DNA of 64,000 nucleotides from Candidatus Bathyarchaeota archaeon (GCA_963832745.1 CAWHVC010000003.1:544001-608000); one strand, 5' to 3'. Positions 18,609 to 28,651 are shown, counted from the first letter of the stretch. The notes: generated by a model not told the origin, from the letters alone. Numbers and translations are program-made.

Positions 18609-21014
18609 TTAAATGGCTGTTTTGTTTTTTCTTTTTTGTTGCACTTTCTCATGTAACCATGCGAAGAGGTGGCCTATTAAAAGTGCGAACGCTGGAAAAG
18701 CCGGCAGGATGTACCAGTACAGTTTTGTCTGCGCAAATGTGAATAGCCCAAGCACTACAATTAACCAAACAACAAGCAACGTGTCAGGTTTTGACCGTTT
18801 AAACGCTGCGTAAGTGCTTAAACCGATGCCAAATGGTAAAGCTGCTATCCAAACGGGGTTTTCACGAGTAACCAAATACGTTAGGTAGTACAAGACGCCT
18901 CCGTCATGGCCTTCGATTGGGTTTGTTGCACGTACGACGCCACTGTACATGAAGTACCATTCGCTGAAAATTGGGCCAAACTGTAGCAACATGTAGATTA
19001 CCCATGGCATAAAAATCAGCAATGCAACACCGATAAACAATGCAAATCGTTTAGTGAATAGGAATCTTGGGCTCTTCTTAGTTATCAAGAAATAGATTAT
19101 AACAATCATAGGTAAAAGAAACGCTTGGATTTGCTTAGTCATTAAGGCTAAACCAAAAAATGCGCCCGCTAATGCTGCATACCAGTTTGCCCTTTTGCCC
19201 GACTCGCTTGTAAGAATAAAATATATGCCTGCGGTTATGAAGAAGACAAACATTATGTCTGTCATAGCGTGACTGGCAAAAATGAAAAACGTCACAAAAG
19301 TGCCCAGAATCATTGCGGCGGCAAAACCTGTTTTTTGGTTGTAAAGCATTTTCCCAAGATAATACACCATTATCATTGCTAAAAGGCCAAAGATTGGACT
19401 AATCAGTCTCGTGGAGAAATTGCTAAACCCAAACAGTTGATACGACAACGCCATAAGCCACATGTACAATGGCGGTTTGGCAATCCAAAAATTGGTGCTC
19501 CCAGACGTCCACGGGGTCAAGTAGTCTCCCGATTTATTCATGTGAAACGCCCACTGAGAATAGGTCTGCTCATCAGCAAGCCACAATGAACCGTTTCCTA
19601 GAAAAACAAAAAACGCCACTGAGAAGACTAAAATCGCCAATATTACGGTTGCGTCGGTGTGTTTTTTAATCCATGACTTACCGTTGTCCAGAAAAGCCGT
19701 TTGGTTGTGCTCTTTTTGGCGGTCCTTATGGATAACTAAAATAAACCCTGTGATAACAACAAGAATGATTGCGACCGCAATTGTATCAAAGGCAAATATG
19801 TTTTGGCTTAAGTTACTATCAACAGGGAAAGCTGGATTTTCAACTTGCATATTAGTTAAGGCAAAAGCGTAAATCATGTAATCATACGAGCACACATACA
19901 ACGTATTATTTGCAACCGTTGGAGAAGATTCAATTTGGTTGCCTGTTTCATAACTCCATTTCTTCTCGCCACTAAACGCGTTAAAACAGTAAATACTTTG
20001 GTCCTGAGAACCCACATACACGTTGCCGTCAGCGACTACTGGAGAAGAACTAATCCAGTAACTAGTCGGTGCCTGCCAAACTAGTTCGCCGTTGCCCGCG
20101 TCAAAGCAGTAGAGCCTATCGCTGAATGAGCCAACATAAATATTTCCATATGCAATGGCAGGTGAAGAATCCACTTGACCTTCAGTTTGGTACTGCCAAA
20201 TCGTTGTTCCATTTGTAGCGTTTAAACAGCAAACAAAACCGTCAACTGACCCAACATAAACCCTGCCATCATATACGCATGGCGAAGACTGCACGCTGCC
20301 AGTATGCGTCTGCCATAGCTCAGAACCGTCTGAAGCGTTCACCGCATGCGTGTTATAGTCGTCACAACCAAAATACACTACGCCTCCATAAACAGCCGGT
20401 GAAGAATTAACCCGCAAATCTGTCGGCGAAACCCAAACGGCTTTTCCATTTGTAGCGTTTAAACAGTAAAGTCCGCTGCTTCCCGAACCAATAAAGATTT
20501 TGCCATCCACAAGCGTTGGCGAGGACCTAACTGAGCCTTCTCCAATCTGCATCTTCCAAACATTTTCTCCATTTGTAGCCTTCAAAGCGTAAACACAGCC
20601 ATCATCAACCCCAACATAGACAAGTTCCTTGTCAATGGCAGGTGAAGACCAAACTTCCCAACCAAAAGCCCGTCGCCAAACGGGCATGCCAGTTGAAATG
20701 TTAATGCAGTAAACTTGGCTGTCGCGGGAACCAACAAAAAGCCTGCCGTCAGCTACTGCTGGCGAGGATTGGATACCGCGGTTTGTGGGGTACCTCCAAA
20801 GTAGCAAGGCAGAGCTTGGCGATTCATTGTCACTTGGAAAAGCACTATGGCTTGGGTCATTGCGGAACATCGGCCATTTGTTGTTTGTGTTCTCATTGGC
20901 TGGTTGGGCTGACACTAAAAATGTGGATTGAACCAGCAAAACAAGCAAAATTAATGAAATTGTTAGTAGTGCCTGTTTAGGTTTGCCCATTGCCATCATT
21001 ATAGGCAAAAACAT
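18609..21014 (-). CDS. PQQ/BamB-like beta-propeller fused to ArnT/PMT-type (GT-C) glycosyltransferase
   Basis: WPMFRND, about 8 SSP.V....Y.GS.D...YC.NA..G...W repeats, then DEQTY, KPPLYMW, RLIS, A.TD, LA.MTK, P.EGH, QTKLYWYILP. Confidence 0.85.
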   Translation of the reverse strand: MFLPIMMAMGKPKQALLTISLILLVLLVQSTFLVSAQPANENTNNKWPMFRNDPSHSAFPSDNESPSSALLLWRYPTNRGIQSSPAVADGRLFVGSRDSQVYCINISTGMPVWRRAFGWEVWSSPAIDKELVYVGVDDGCVYALKATNGENVWKMQIGEGSVRSSPTLVDGKIFIGSGSSGLYCLNATNGKAVWVSPTDLRVNSSPAVYGGVVYFGCDDYNTHAVNASDGSELWQTHTGSVQSSPCVYDGRVYVGSVDGFVCCLNATNGTTIWQYQTEGQVDSSPAIAYGNIYVGSFSDRLYCFDAGNGELVWQAPTSYWISSSPVVADGNVYVGSQDQSIYCFNAFSGEKKWSYETGNQIESSPTVANNTLYVCSYDYMIYAFALTNMQVENPAFPVDSNLSQNIFAFDTIAVAIILVVITGFILVIHKDRQKEHNQTAFLDNGKSWIKKHTDATVILAILVFSVAFFVFLGNGSLWLADEQTYSQWAFHMNKSGDYLTPWTSGSTNFWIAKPPLYMWLMALSYQLFGFSNFSTRLISPIFGLLAMIMVYYLGKMLYNQKTGFAAAMILGTFVTFFIFASHAMTDIMFVFFITAGIYFILTSESGKRANWYAALAGAFFGLALMTKQIQAFLLPMIVIIYFLITKKSPRFLFTKRFALFIGVALLIFMPWVIYMLLQFGPIFSEWYFMYSGVVRATNPIEGHDGGVLYYLTYLVTRENPVWIAALPFGIGLSTYAAFKRSKPDTLLVVWLIVVLGLFTFAQTKLYWYILPAFPAFALLIGHLFAWLHEKVQQKRKNKTAI

Positions 21015-21053
21015 GTATTGTGTAACATATAAAACCTACCAAACTAAGCAGCC

Positions 21054-21184
21054 ACCAGCCTATTTGGAATCTATTAGGAGCCTATTAGTGGTTGTATGTA
21101 GAAACCTAAGGAGGGTAGTGCTAATGGTTGAAAGTCAAGTCATTAGTATGTTGAAAAATAGGAAGGGCCCAGCTAACTGCTGGT
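21054..21184 (+). repeat. dispersed intergenic repeat (MITE-like), copy A
   Basis: ACCAGCCTATTTGG left end, GGTTGTATGTAGAAACCTAAGGAGGGTAGTGCTAATG core, AAGGGC...CTGCTGGT right end; matches 37079..37292 and 46280..46387. Confidence 0.65.
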
Positions 21185-21517
21185 TTACTTTAGTTTGTTA
21201 AAGAAGCAACTGTATTCGCCAGTGTGGCACGCATTATCTTTCTGCTCAACCACATACAGCAATGTGTCATAGTCACAGTCAGTTGAAACAGACACAATCT
21301 TTTGAGTGTGCCCACTGGTTTCGCCTTTAACCCAAATCTCGTTACGAGAACGGCTCCAGTAAGTGGCTTTGCCCGTTTTCAGGGTTAAGTCGAGCGCTTC
21401 CTTGTTGGCGTATGCGAGCATCAAAACAGTTTTTGTGGTTACGTCTTGAACTACGACTGGGATTAAACCGTTGCCTTTAGCGAAGTCAAGCTTTGATAGT
21501 AATTCTTCAGGTGTCAT
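21185..21517 (-). CDS. hisI: phosphoribosyl-AMP cyclohydrolase
   Basis: [31 protein letters not shown]. Confidence 0.95.
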   Translation of the reverse strand: MTPEELLSKLDFAKGNGLIPVVVQDVTTKTVLMLAYANKEALDLTLKTGKATYWSRSRNEIWVKGETSGHTQKIVSVSTDCDYDTLLYVVEQKDNACHTGEYSCFFNKLK

Positions 21518-22317
21518 TGTCTTATTGTCACCCCCGCCTTACGCAAATAATCCTTCAGCATTGGAACAGGATACTTGTTATAATGAAATACTGAAGCAGC
21601 TAACGCCGCATCCGCCTTGCCCAAAGTGAAGACATCAACAAAATGTTGAGGTACACCTGCGCCTCCGCTTGCAATGACGGGGACGTGGACTCGTTCAGAA
21701 ATGGCTCGTGTTAATTCGATGTCAAAACCGCTTTCTGTGCCGTCCTTATCCATTGATGTTACAAGGAATTCGCCTGCCCCCAACCGTTCAGCTTGAAGTG
21801 CCCATGCGACTGCGTCTATACCTGTGGGTTTTCTGCCGCCATAAGTGTTAACTTCAAACCACACTGGGCCCTCACTTGTCTGCACTGTGATTTTGCCTTC
21901 CGTTGGGGTGCGGTTGCGTTTAGCGTCGATTGCAACTACTACGCATTGCTGACCAAAAACGTTCGCTAACTCTGTAAGCACTTTCGGGTTCTCAATGGCT
22001 GCAGTGTTAACTGAAACCTTGTCAGCTCCACTGCAGAGAACGTTTCTTGCGTCTGCAACATTACGGATTCCGCCACCGACAGTGAAGGGAATGCTGATTG
22101 CTCTAGCAACGCCTTCAACGTACTGCCGCATAATATCCCGTTTCTCGTTGGAAGCGGTGATGTCGAGAAAGACAAGCTCGTCTGCGCCTTCGTCGCTGTA
22201 GCGTTTTGCCATTTCTACTGGGTCGCCTGCATGTTTTAGCTGCAAGAAGTTGATGCCTTTAACTACTTTTCCGTGGTCAACATCAAGACAGGGGACGATA
22301 CGTTTTGCTAGCGGCAT
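21514..22317 (-). CDS. hisF: imidazole glycerol phosphate synthase, cyclase subunit
   Basis: [37 protein letters not shown]. Confidence 0.97.
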   Translation of the reverse strand: MPLAKRIVPCLDVDHGKVVKGINFLQLKHAGDPVEMAKRYSDEGADELVFLDITASNEKRDIMRQYVEGVARAISIPFTVGGGIRNVADARNVLCSGADKVSVNTAAIENPKVLTELANVFGQQCVVVAIDAKRNRTPTEGKITVQTSEGPVWFEVNTYGGRKPTGIDAVAWALQAERLGAGEFLVTSMDKDGTESGFDIELTRAISERVHVPVIASGGAGVPQHFVDVFTLGKADAALAASVFHYNKYPVPMLKDYLRKAGVTIRQ

Positions 22318-22319
22318 TT

Positions 22320-23042
22320 TTAGGCTCCTATTTTCTGTATGGCTTCTTTTAGTGTAAAACGACCTTCATAAAGAGCTTTGCCAATCACTGCTCCTTCGAC
22401 GCCGATTTTTTTAAGATTTGCAAGGTCTTCGATGCTGCCTATTCCGCCTGCCGCCAAAATTTTTGCGCCTGAACACTTTACTGCTTCTTCTAAGGTTTCA
22501 AGGTCTGGACCACTAAGTAAGCCGTCGTGGGTAATTGAAGTGATTAGGAATCTTTGAGTACCCAGTTCAATGAATTTTTCAAGTGCATCTTGAAGAGTCA
22601 TGTCTGTTGCTGTTCGCCAACCGTCAATCATAACCCATCCGTTCTTGTTATCAAGGGCAACTACAACTGATTCTTTACCGAACTTGTCCTGCAGGCGGGT
22701 GATTACTGAGAAATCTCTAAAGGCTAATGAGCCAAGCATAACCTGTGTGATGCCTGTGTTGAAGAGTTTCTCTGCGATTTCGAAGCTACGGATTCCTCCG
22801 CCAACTTGAATGGGCAGATTAATGTTTTTGGCGATTTCAGTGATGACTGGGTGATTGTTGCCCTTGCCAAAAGCGGCGTCAAGGTCGATAATGTGGAGTT
22901 TGCCTGCACCTTCTTCAACCCACCGTTTTGCGGTCTCTACTGGTCCGCCATATTGTTCATAAATTTTGGCGGTTTTAGCTTCTCCTTGTGTTAAACGGAC
23001 GATTTTGCTGTTCATTAAATCTATTGCTGGAATTAACTGCAT
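22320..23042 (-). CDS. hisA: ProFAR isomerase
   Basis: IPAIDL....[27 protein letters not shown]. Confidence 0.95.
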   Translation of the reverse strand: MQLIPAIDLMNSKIVRLTQGEAKTAKIYEQYGGPVETAKRWVEEGAGKLHIIDLDAAFGKGNNHPVITEIAKNINLPIQVGGGIRSFEIAEKLFNTGITQVMLGSLAFRDFSVITRLQDKFGKESVVVALDNKNGWVMIDGWRTATDMTLQDALEKFIELGTQRFLITSITHDGLLSGPDLETLEEAVKCSGAKILAAGGIGSIEDLANLKKIGVEGAVIGKALYEGRFTLKEAIQKIGA

Positions 23043-23047
23043 ACTGG

Positions 23048-23653
23048 TTACCTCGTTACTATTTTGGCGAAGTTACGTAGAATCTGCAAGCCCACATCGC
23101 CTGATTTTTCTGGGTGAAACTGGGTGCCATACACGTTCTTACCTGTAACTGCTGAGGCGAAGGTTGTGCCGTACGTGGTTTTAGTGCACACTATGCTCTC
23201 GTCAGTTGGTACGGGATACAATGAGTGCACGAAATACACGTATGTATCCTCTTTTATGCCGTCAAAAAGCTCGCAGGGTTTTGTGATGTTAATTGTGTTC
23301 CATCCCATATGTGGAATCTTCAAATCACCCTGGAGACGTACAATTTTGCCTTTAAAGAAACCCAAACCTGCTCCCGGACCTTCTTCGCTTGCTTCAAAGA
23401 ACAGTTGAAGCCCAAGGCAGATGCCCAGTAACGGAGTGCCTTCTGAGACCTTGCGTTGAATGACTTCTTTGACGCATTCAAGTTTTTCTGCTGCAGGCGT
23501 GAAACTGCCTACCCCGGGCAGCGCGATGGCGTCAGCTTTCGATAATTCCTGCTCAGTTGTTCCGATAGAAACGTCTAAACCCGCTTTTTCCAAAGCACAT
23601 TTGAGGCTTAACAGGTTGCCTACGCCGTAGTCAAAGATTACTGCTTTTGCCAT
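23048..23653 (-). CDS. hisH: imidazole glycerol phosphate synthase, glutaminase subunit
   Basis: DYGVGNL, LPGVGSF, GICLGLQ, PHMGWN, QFHPEKS. Confidence 0.97.
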   Translation of the reverse strand: MAKAVIFDYGVGNLLSLKCALEKAGLDVSIGTTEQELSKADAIALPGVGSFTPAAEKLECVKEVIQRKVSEGTPLLGICLGLQLFFEASEEGPGAGLGFFKGKIVRLQGDLKIPHMGWNTINITKPCELFDGIKEDTYVYFVHSLYPVPTDESIVCTKTTYGTTFASAVTGKNVYGTQFHPEKSGDVGLQILRNFAKIVTR

Positions 23654-23655
23654 CT

Positions 23656-24231
23656 TTAGATTACTCCTTTTGAGCTTGGAACACCTTTGCGTCTTGGATC
23701 AACTGTGACTGCTTGACGCAGGGATAGAGCGAGGGCTTTGGTTGCGGCTTCTGCTTTGTGGTGATCATTGCTGCCGTACATTACAAATATGTGCACGTTA
23801 GCTTGCAGGGAGTTGGTTAGGGATTCGTAGAAGTGGTTGATGTCTTCAGTTTGCATTTCTTCGATTTTTCTTCCTTTGAATTTTAGGTCAATCTTGAAGT
23901 ATGGACGCTTAACCAAGTCCACGGCTGCTAAAGCCAGTGAACAGTCCATTGGTGCGGTGGCGTTGCCGAAGCGTGTAATGCCCACACGGGTACCGAGCGC
24001 TTTGTTTAGGGCTTCGCCTAAGCCGATGGCTAAGTCCTCTACACAGTGGTGAACCAAGTCGCCTTTGACGCTGGCTTCAATGTCGATTAAACTGTGTGTG
24101 GCAAGGCTGGTTAGCATGTGGTCAAGAAACGGCACGCCTGAATCGATGGTTGCTTTGCCTTCGCCGTCAAGGTCTACTTTTGCTTTTACTTCGGTTTCTT
24201 TGGTTTTACGGTAAACTTCTTCAACCCGCAC
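23656..24231 (-). CDS. hisB: imidazoleglycerol-phosphate dehydratase
   Basis: RKTKET, FLDHML, HHCVED, NDHHKAEA, PSSKG. Confidence 0.95.
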   Translation of the reverse strand: MRVEEVYRKTKETEVKAKVDLDGEGKATIDSGVPFLDHMLTSLATHSLIDIEASVKGDLVHHCVEDLAIGLGEALNKALGTRVGITRFGNATAPMDCSLALAAVDLVKRPYFKIDLKFKGRKIEEMQTEDINHFYESLTNSLQANVHIFVMYGSNDHHKAEAATKALALSLRQAVTVDPRRKGVPSSKGVI

Positions 24232-24233
24232 TT

Positions 24234-25352
24234 TTATTCCTCGCTTATTTGTTTTAATGTCTCGATTAGTTTAGCATTCATTTCGGGCAAGCCCACGGTT
24301 ACGCGGAAACAGTTATCATACTGCAGTAGTTTGCCCCATTTCTTTAGCATAACGCCGCGTCTTAGCAGTTCTTCATACACTTTATCAACTGATTTTTTAG
24401 TGTTCATGAGTACGAAGTCTGCTTGTGAATCAAACGCCTCTACGCCTTCTATTTGGTTTAGTGCCTTTATGAGTTTTCCCCGCTCCGCTTTCAACGCCGA
24501 GACGGCTGTTTGCATGATGTCCATGTTTTCCAGCATTTTGATGCCCATGCGGATGGTGAAGCCGCTTACTGGGTAGGGCAAGGGGGCTTTTTCAGTTAAG
24601 ATTTTGGCAAGTTCCGGATTAGCAACTGCATAACCTAAACGTAGCATAGCAAGGCCGAAGGCTTTGGAGAATGTGCGAAGGATTATCATGTTTGGGAATT
24701 CTTGGATACGTGGTACAAACGAGTAATCGGCAAATTCGTCGTATGCTTCGTCAACGATGACTATTCCTGGGAATGCTTTGGCGAGTGTTTCGATGTCTTC
24801 GGGCTTCATTTGGTTGCTTGTTGGATTGTTGGGTGAACATAGGTAGAGTAGGCGGGTTTTTTCTGAGAATAATTTGAGCATGGCTGGCACGTCAAGCTGA
24901 AAATCGTTCTTTAATGGCACAGTGACGTATTCGCCTTCCTGCCGTTTCACGCACAACCGTGGAATAGCAAAGGATGGCGTGAATGAGACTGCAACGTCTC
25001 CTTTTTCGACAAAGAGGCGTATCATGCGGTCCAACAGTTCGTCTCCTGCGTTGCCAATGATTATGTAATCTTCGGGGACGTCCATGTATTCTGCCACTTT
25101 CTTTACCAATTTCGGGACTTCATCCTCGGGGTACATGCGTAAGTCAATTTCGTCGGCAACCTGCTTAATCAGCGGCGTTTGGCGGCTGCGGTTAACAAAA
25201 AGGTTTTCGTTAAAGTTGAGTTTTACAATTTTTGATGTGTCAACGCCCAACTGCTTCGCTAAATCTTCCGGTGTAACACCTGCCGAATAGCAGTCAATAG
25301 CTTGGAGTTTCACTTTTTTTTGTTCTATCCATTTGCGGTAGGATTCGCTCAT
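24234..25352 (-). CDS. hisC: histidinol-phosphate aminotransferase
   Basis: KLNFNEN, CSPNNPT, VDEAY.EF, RTFSKAFGLA.LRLGY. Confidence 0.95.
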   Translation of the reverse strand: MSESYRKWIEQKKVKLQAIDCYSAGVTPEDLAKQLGVDTSKIVKLNFNENLFVNRSRQTPLIKQVADEIDLRMYPEDEVPKLVKKVAEYMDVPEDYIIIGNAGDELLDRMIRLFVEKGDVAVSFTPSFAIPRLCVKRQEGEYVTVPLKNDFQLDVPAMLKLFSEKTRLLYLCSPNNPTSNQMKPEDIETLAKAFPGIVIVDEAYDEFADYSFVPRIQEFPNMIILRTFSKAFGLAMLRLGYAVANPELAKILTEKAPLPYPVSGFTIRMGIKMLENMDIMQTAVSALKAERGKLIKALNQIEGVEAFDSQADFVLMNTKKSVDKVYEELLRRGVMLKKWGKLLQYDNCFRVTVGLPEMNAKLIETLKQISEE

Positions 25353-26654
25353 TTTTCGAACCTCGCGTTTATTGCTTTGTAGTGATTTGGCAGGTTTTCG
25401 GCGTCGGTTATTACTTTGACGCTGTCTCTTACTCTTTCTAAGCCTGTTCGGGTGCTTTCTATGATGCTTACTCGACGCATAAAGTCATAGGCGGATAGGG
25501 CAGAGAAGGATTGGGCAAACGCGCCTGTAGGTAACACATGGTTGGTTCCGCTGGCGTAGTCGCTTAACGGCACTGGAGTGTAAGGTCCAATTAGGATTAA
25601 ACCTGCGACAAGGTTTTGTGCTAACTCTTTAGCGTTGACAGTTAGGACTTCTAAGTGCTCAGCAGCAAACTGGTTAGCTAAACAGACCATTTCTTCAACT
25701 TTGCTGCAGACTATTATGAAGCCATATTTTGCCTAGTGATTCCGAAATTTTTTCGACTCTTTGAGTGGATGCGGAAATCTTTGCAAGGTTTTCTTGTACT
25801 TGTAACGCGACTTTTTCAGATGTTGTTATGAGTCCAGCTACGCTGTCACCGCCGTGTTCAGCCTGCGAAATCATGTCATAAGCAATCAATCTTGCATCTG
25901 CCGACTCATCAGCTAAAACCAAGACTTCACTTGGGCCTGCCGGCATGTCAATTGCGACGTCGGTTGAAACCAAAACTTTCGCTGTAGTCACGTATTTACT
26001 TCCTGGTCCAACAATTTTGCGTACAGGCTTTATGGTTCTAGTTCCGTACGTTAATGCTGCTATGGCTTGAGCTCCACCTACCTTGTATACTTCATCAACA
26101 CCGCAAATGTCAGCGGCAACAAGAACCAGTGGGTTAACTTTGCCACGGGCATCTGAAGGTGAAACTACAACGATTCTGGGGACCCCCGCGATTTTAGCTG
26201 GCACAGCAGTCATGACAAGGGTGCTTGGATAAGCCGCCTGACCACCGGGGACATAGCAACCCACACTTTCCAGGGGACGTAGAACAGTTTGAATCATTAT
26301 GCCATCACTGTTCTGTTTTACTTCAGTCTGGGTTAACAGTGTTTTTTGGTAATTGCTGATTCTTTCTTTCATGAATTTGAGTGCTGAGATTTGGTCGAGG
26401 CTGGTTTGAGTGTAGGCTTCTTTGAATTCTCCTGGTCTAACCCGCAGGGTTTTAGAGGTGAGTTCGGCTTTGTCAAACTTTAACGCGAACTCTATTAACG
26501 CCTTATCACCCTCTGCTTTAACCTGGCTGATTATTGCCCGAACGCTTTCTTCAAGTTCAACGGTGGCTTTTTGGTCTGCTTGTTGCCGTTTAAACCAGTC
26601 AGAAGGCAACGTTTGGGTTGTCCACTGTTTGACTATTCCGGTTTGCATTTGCAT
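25349..26654 (-). CDS. hisD: histidinol dehydrogenase, split by a +1 frameshift at about 25732
   Basis: GCYVPGG.AAYPST, GGAQAIAAL, IDMPAGPSE, SQAEH in 25695..26654; AEHLE, DYASGTNHVLPT in 25349..25690; removing one G (CTA G GCA AAA TAT GGC) restores ESL-AKYGFIIVCSKVEEMVCLAN. Confidence 0.9.
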
Positions 26655-27625
26655 TCGTTTCTCCGCGCTATCTCATCTAGCGCTAAAACCTGCCGCGGCT
26701 CGTACACGACTAAACCCTGTGCTATTTTGCGGATTTTCGGTAAGAGTTCAATTAGGCAATCCTTTTCGATAACGGTGTTTACGCTAACCCATTCTTCGTT
26801 TGCAAGCGGCGAAATTGTTGGGTTCTTTAGTGCCGGTAGCTCGGTAAGCAAGGTTTGCAGGTTAGCTTTTTTGACATTTACAAAAATGTGTATGCGTTTC
26901 TGTCCGTCTACGACGCCTTTTAGTAATGCAACGATGTCGAAGATTTTTTCGCGTTTCTCTGGGTCTTCAAGGGCTTTCTTGTTAGCAATCAATGTGGCTG
27001 CTGACCGTAGGACTGTGTCGATTATTTTTAGGTTGTTTGCTTCAAGAGTTGTGCCTGTTTCGGTTACGTCCATGATGCAGTCTGAGTTTTCTGGCGGTTT
27101 TGCTTCGGTTGCGCCGAATGAGAGAAAGATTTTTGCTTTTGTGTTCTCGCCTTTTTTCCACCATGGTGTGACTAACATTGGGTCGGTGTCGCCGAAACGT
27201 TTCTTATAGTTTGGTTGTGCTTTGAGGTAATCGGAGGCAATGTTTAGGTATTCAGTGCTGACACGGAAGTTTTTGCCTTGGCTCCAAATGTACTCCATGT
27301 ACTCGTTCATGTCTTTCTGGGCAACACTTTTAGGAACAGCTATGACTAAGCGGATTTTTCCGTACTCAAGATTCTGGAGAATTTCTACGTCTGCACGGTT
27401 TTCTTTTACCCAATCCTCGCCAGTGATGCCTATGTCTTGTAGGCCTTCGCTTACAAACACTGGAATTTCTTGGGGTCTAAGAACCTTAATTTCAATTTGT
27501 GGGTCGTTTATTGCTGGACGATATGTACGGTCCATTGAGCCGAGTTTGAATCCTGATTTGTCGAAGAAGTCAGAGGTTGCTTTTTGTAGGGAACCTTTTG
27601 GGATGGCAAATTTTATTTTATCCAT
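26633..27625 (-). CDS. hisG: ATP phosphoribosyltransferase (long form)
   Basis: AIPKGSL, RPQEIP.FV..G..DIGITG.D, GATEAKPP, D.TETGTTL..N.L, C-terminal regulatory domain. Confidence 0.95.
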   Translation of the reverse strand: MDKIKFAIPKGSLQKATSDFFDKSGFKLGSMDRTYRPAINDPQIEIKVLRPQEIPVFVSEGLQDIGITGEDWVKENRADVEILQNLEYGKIRLVIAVPKSVAQKDMNEYMEYIWSQGKNFRVSTEYLNIASDYLKAQPNYKKRFGDTDPMLVTPWWKKGENTKAKIFLSFGATEAKPPENSDCIMDVTETGTTLEANNLKIIDTVLRSAATLIANKKALEDPEKREKIFDIVALLKGVVDGQKRIHIFVNVKKANLQTLLTELPALKNPTISPLANEEWVSVNTVIEKDCLIELLPKIRKIAQGLVVYEPRQVLALDEIARRNECKCKPE

Positions 27626-27899
27626 AAATTTTTTTCTCCTAAATTTTTAGAGATTACTCTAAATGTTTTTTTGTTTTGTGACAAAATATTTCTGGAAAAG
27701 ATTGCGCCTAATTCTAAATAAGAAATCGATAAACTGTTTATGCGGGGGTTTCTGCTTTTAAGCTGAATGAAGGCAATCGCCTTGTATGAACGCAATCCCT
27801 CATCGTATATCACTGAGTGACACCTTAGCAGGTTTCTTGCATATAAACCTGTTTCCAGAATATTTAACTATTCAAAAAAGGATTGGCGGTCTATCACGT

Positions 27900-28463
27900 T
27901 TAAGCGGTGGGTTTTATTTCGAAAACAAGCGGCGGAACAGAATTTTTAGTTTCCAGCTTTATTCCAAATAGACCTTCCATTATGCCTTCCCAGAGTGGTG
28001 CATCATTAAGAAAGGGAGTCTTAAGCAGCAGATACTTGTCTTTAAGATAAAAATCGCCAAAACCTTGTACACGCAGTCTATTGAAAACTGCTTCCCAATT
28101 TTCCTGTTTAGATGAGTCAACACCAAGGGTTGTTTCCATTGAAACTTTGAGGGCGTCGCCCATTTTTTTGCCGATGTCGTGCCATTTTTCGTTTGGAATG
28201 TTTTTAATTAAAATATTGATTAATTCTACGTTCACAAATGCGATTCTGCTTATGCCGCAGTAGTATTCTCCTGGAAAATGCCAGTCATAAATCATCATGC
28301 TGCGGTAGACATCAAGCATTTTGGAGATTAACGGTTTGATTCCTGGTTCTTTGCCTTCTCTGATTAGGGTGTCAATGAAGTCGCGTTCATCCTTTTCGAG
28401 AATGATTGTTGTTCTTTTTGTTTCATCGCTGGTTTGCTCTTGCTTTTTCTTGCTTGACGGCAT
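27900..28463 (-). CDS. hypothetical protein, possible N-terminal ribbon-helix-helix regulator
   Basis: KRTTIIL strand-helix N-terminus; C-terminus with GKKMG and L...GFG pattern reminiscent of V4R-type folds. Confidence 0.65.
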   Translation of the reverse strand: MPSSKKKQEQTSDETKRTTIILEKDERDFIDTLIREGKEPGIKPLISKMLDVYRSMMIYDWHFPGEYYCGISRIAFVNVELINILIKNIPNEKWHDIGKKMGDALKVSMETTLGVDSSKQENWEAVFNRLRVQGFGDFYLKDKYLLLKTPFLNDAPLWEGIMEGLFGIKLETKNSVPPLVFEIKPTA

Positions 28464-28580
28464 ACCTGTTATTGCCTAAGTCATACCTAATATGCTTTAC
28501 GCATTTTTGGGTAACAAAATCTTGACTCCGTATGTTCTCATAAAGAATACTTAATAAAATACGCGATGCCTTAACAGGGC

Positions 28581-28635
28581 GCCGATGAAGAATCTAAACT
28601 GCTGATTTGATGATGCACCCTAGGGTATCTGAGGC
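28581..28635 (+). ncRNA. C/D-box sRNA (2'-O-methylation guide)
   Basis: GCC-g-ATGAAGA(C)-ATCTAAACTG-CTGA(D')-TT-TGATGA(C')-TGCACCCTAGGGTAT-CTGA(D)-GGC; terminal GCC/GGC stem; TTAATAAA about 25 nt upstream. Confidence 0.8.
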
Positions 28636-28651
28636 AAAAGTCAAGACACCA

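Noticed and set aside
26422-27650. Long antisense ORFs opposite his genes (and similar ones opposite other core genes)
   Set aside because: Antisense shadows of well-conserved genes, with no motifs
27767-27802. Imperfect hairpin upstream of hisG as attenuator or sRNA
   Set aside because: Weak pairing, no His-codon leader peptide, boxes not canonical
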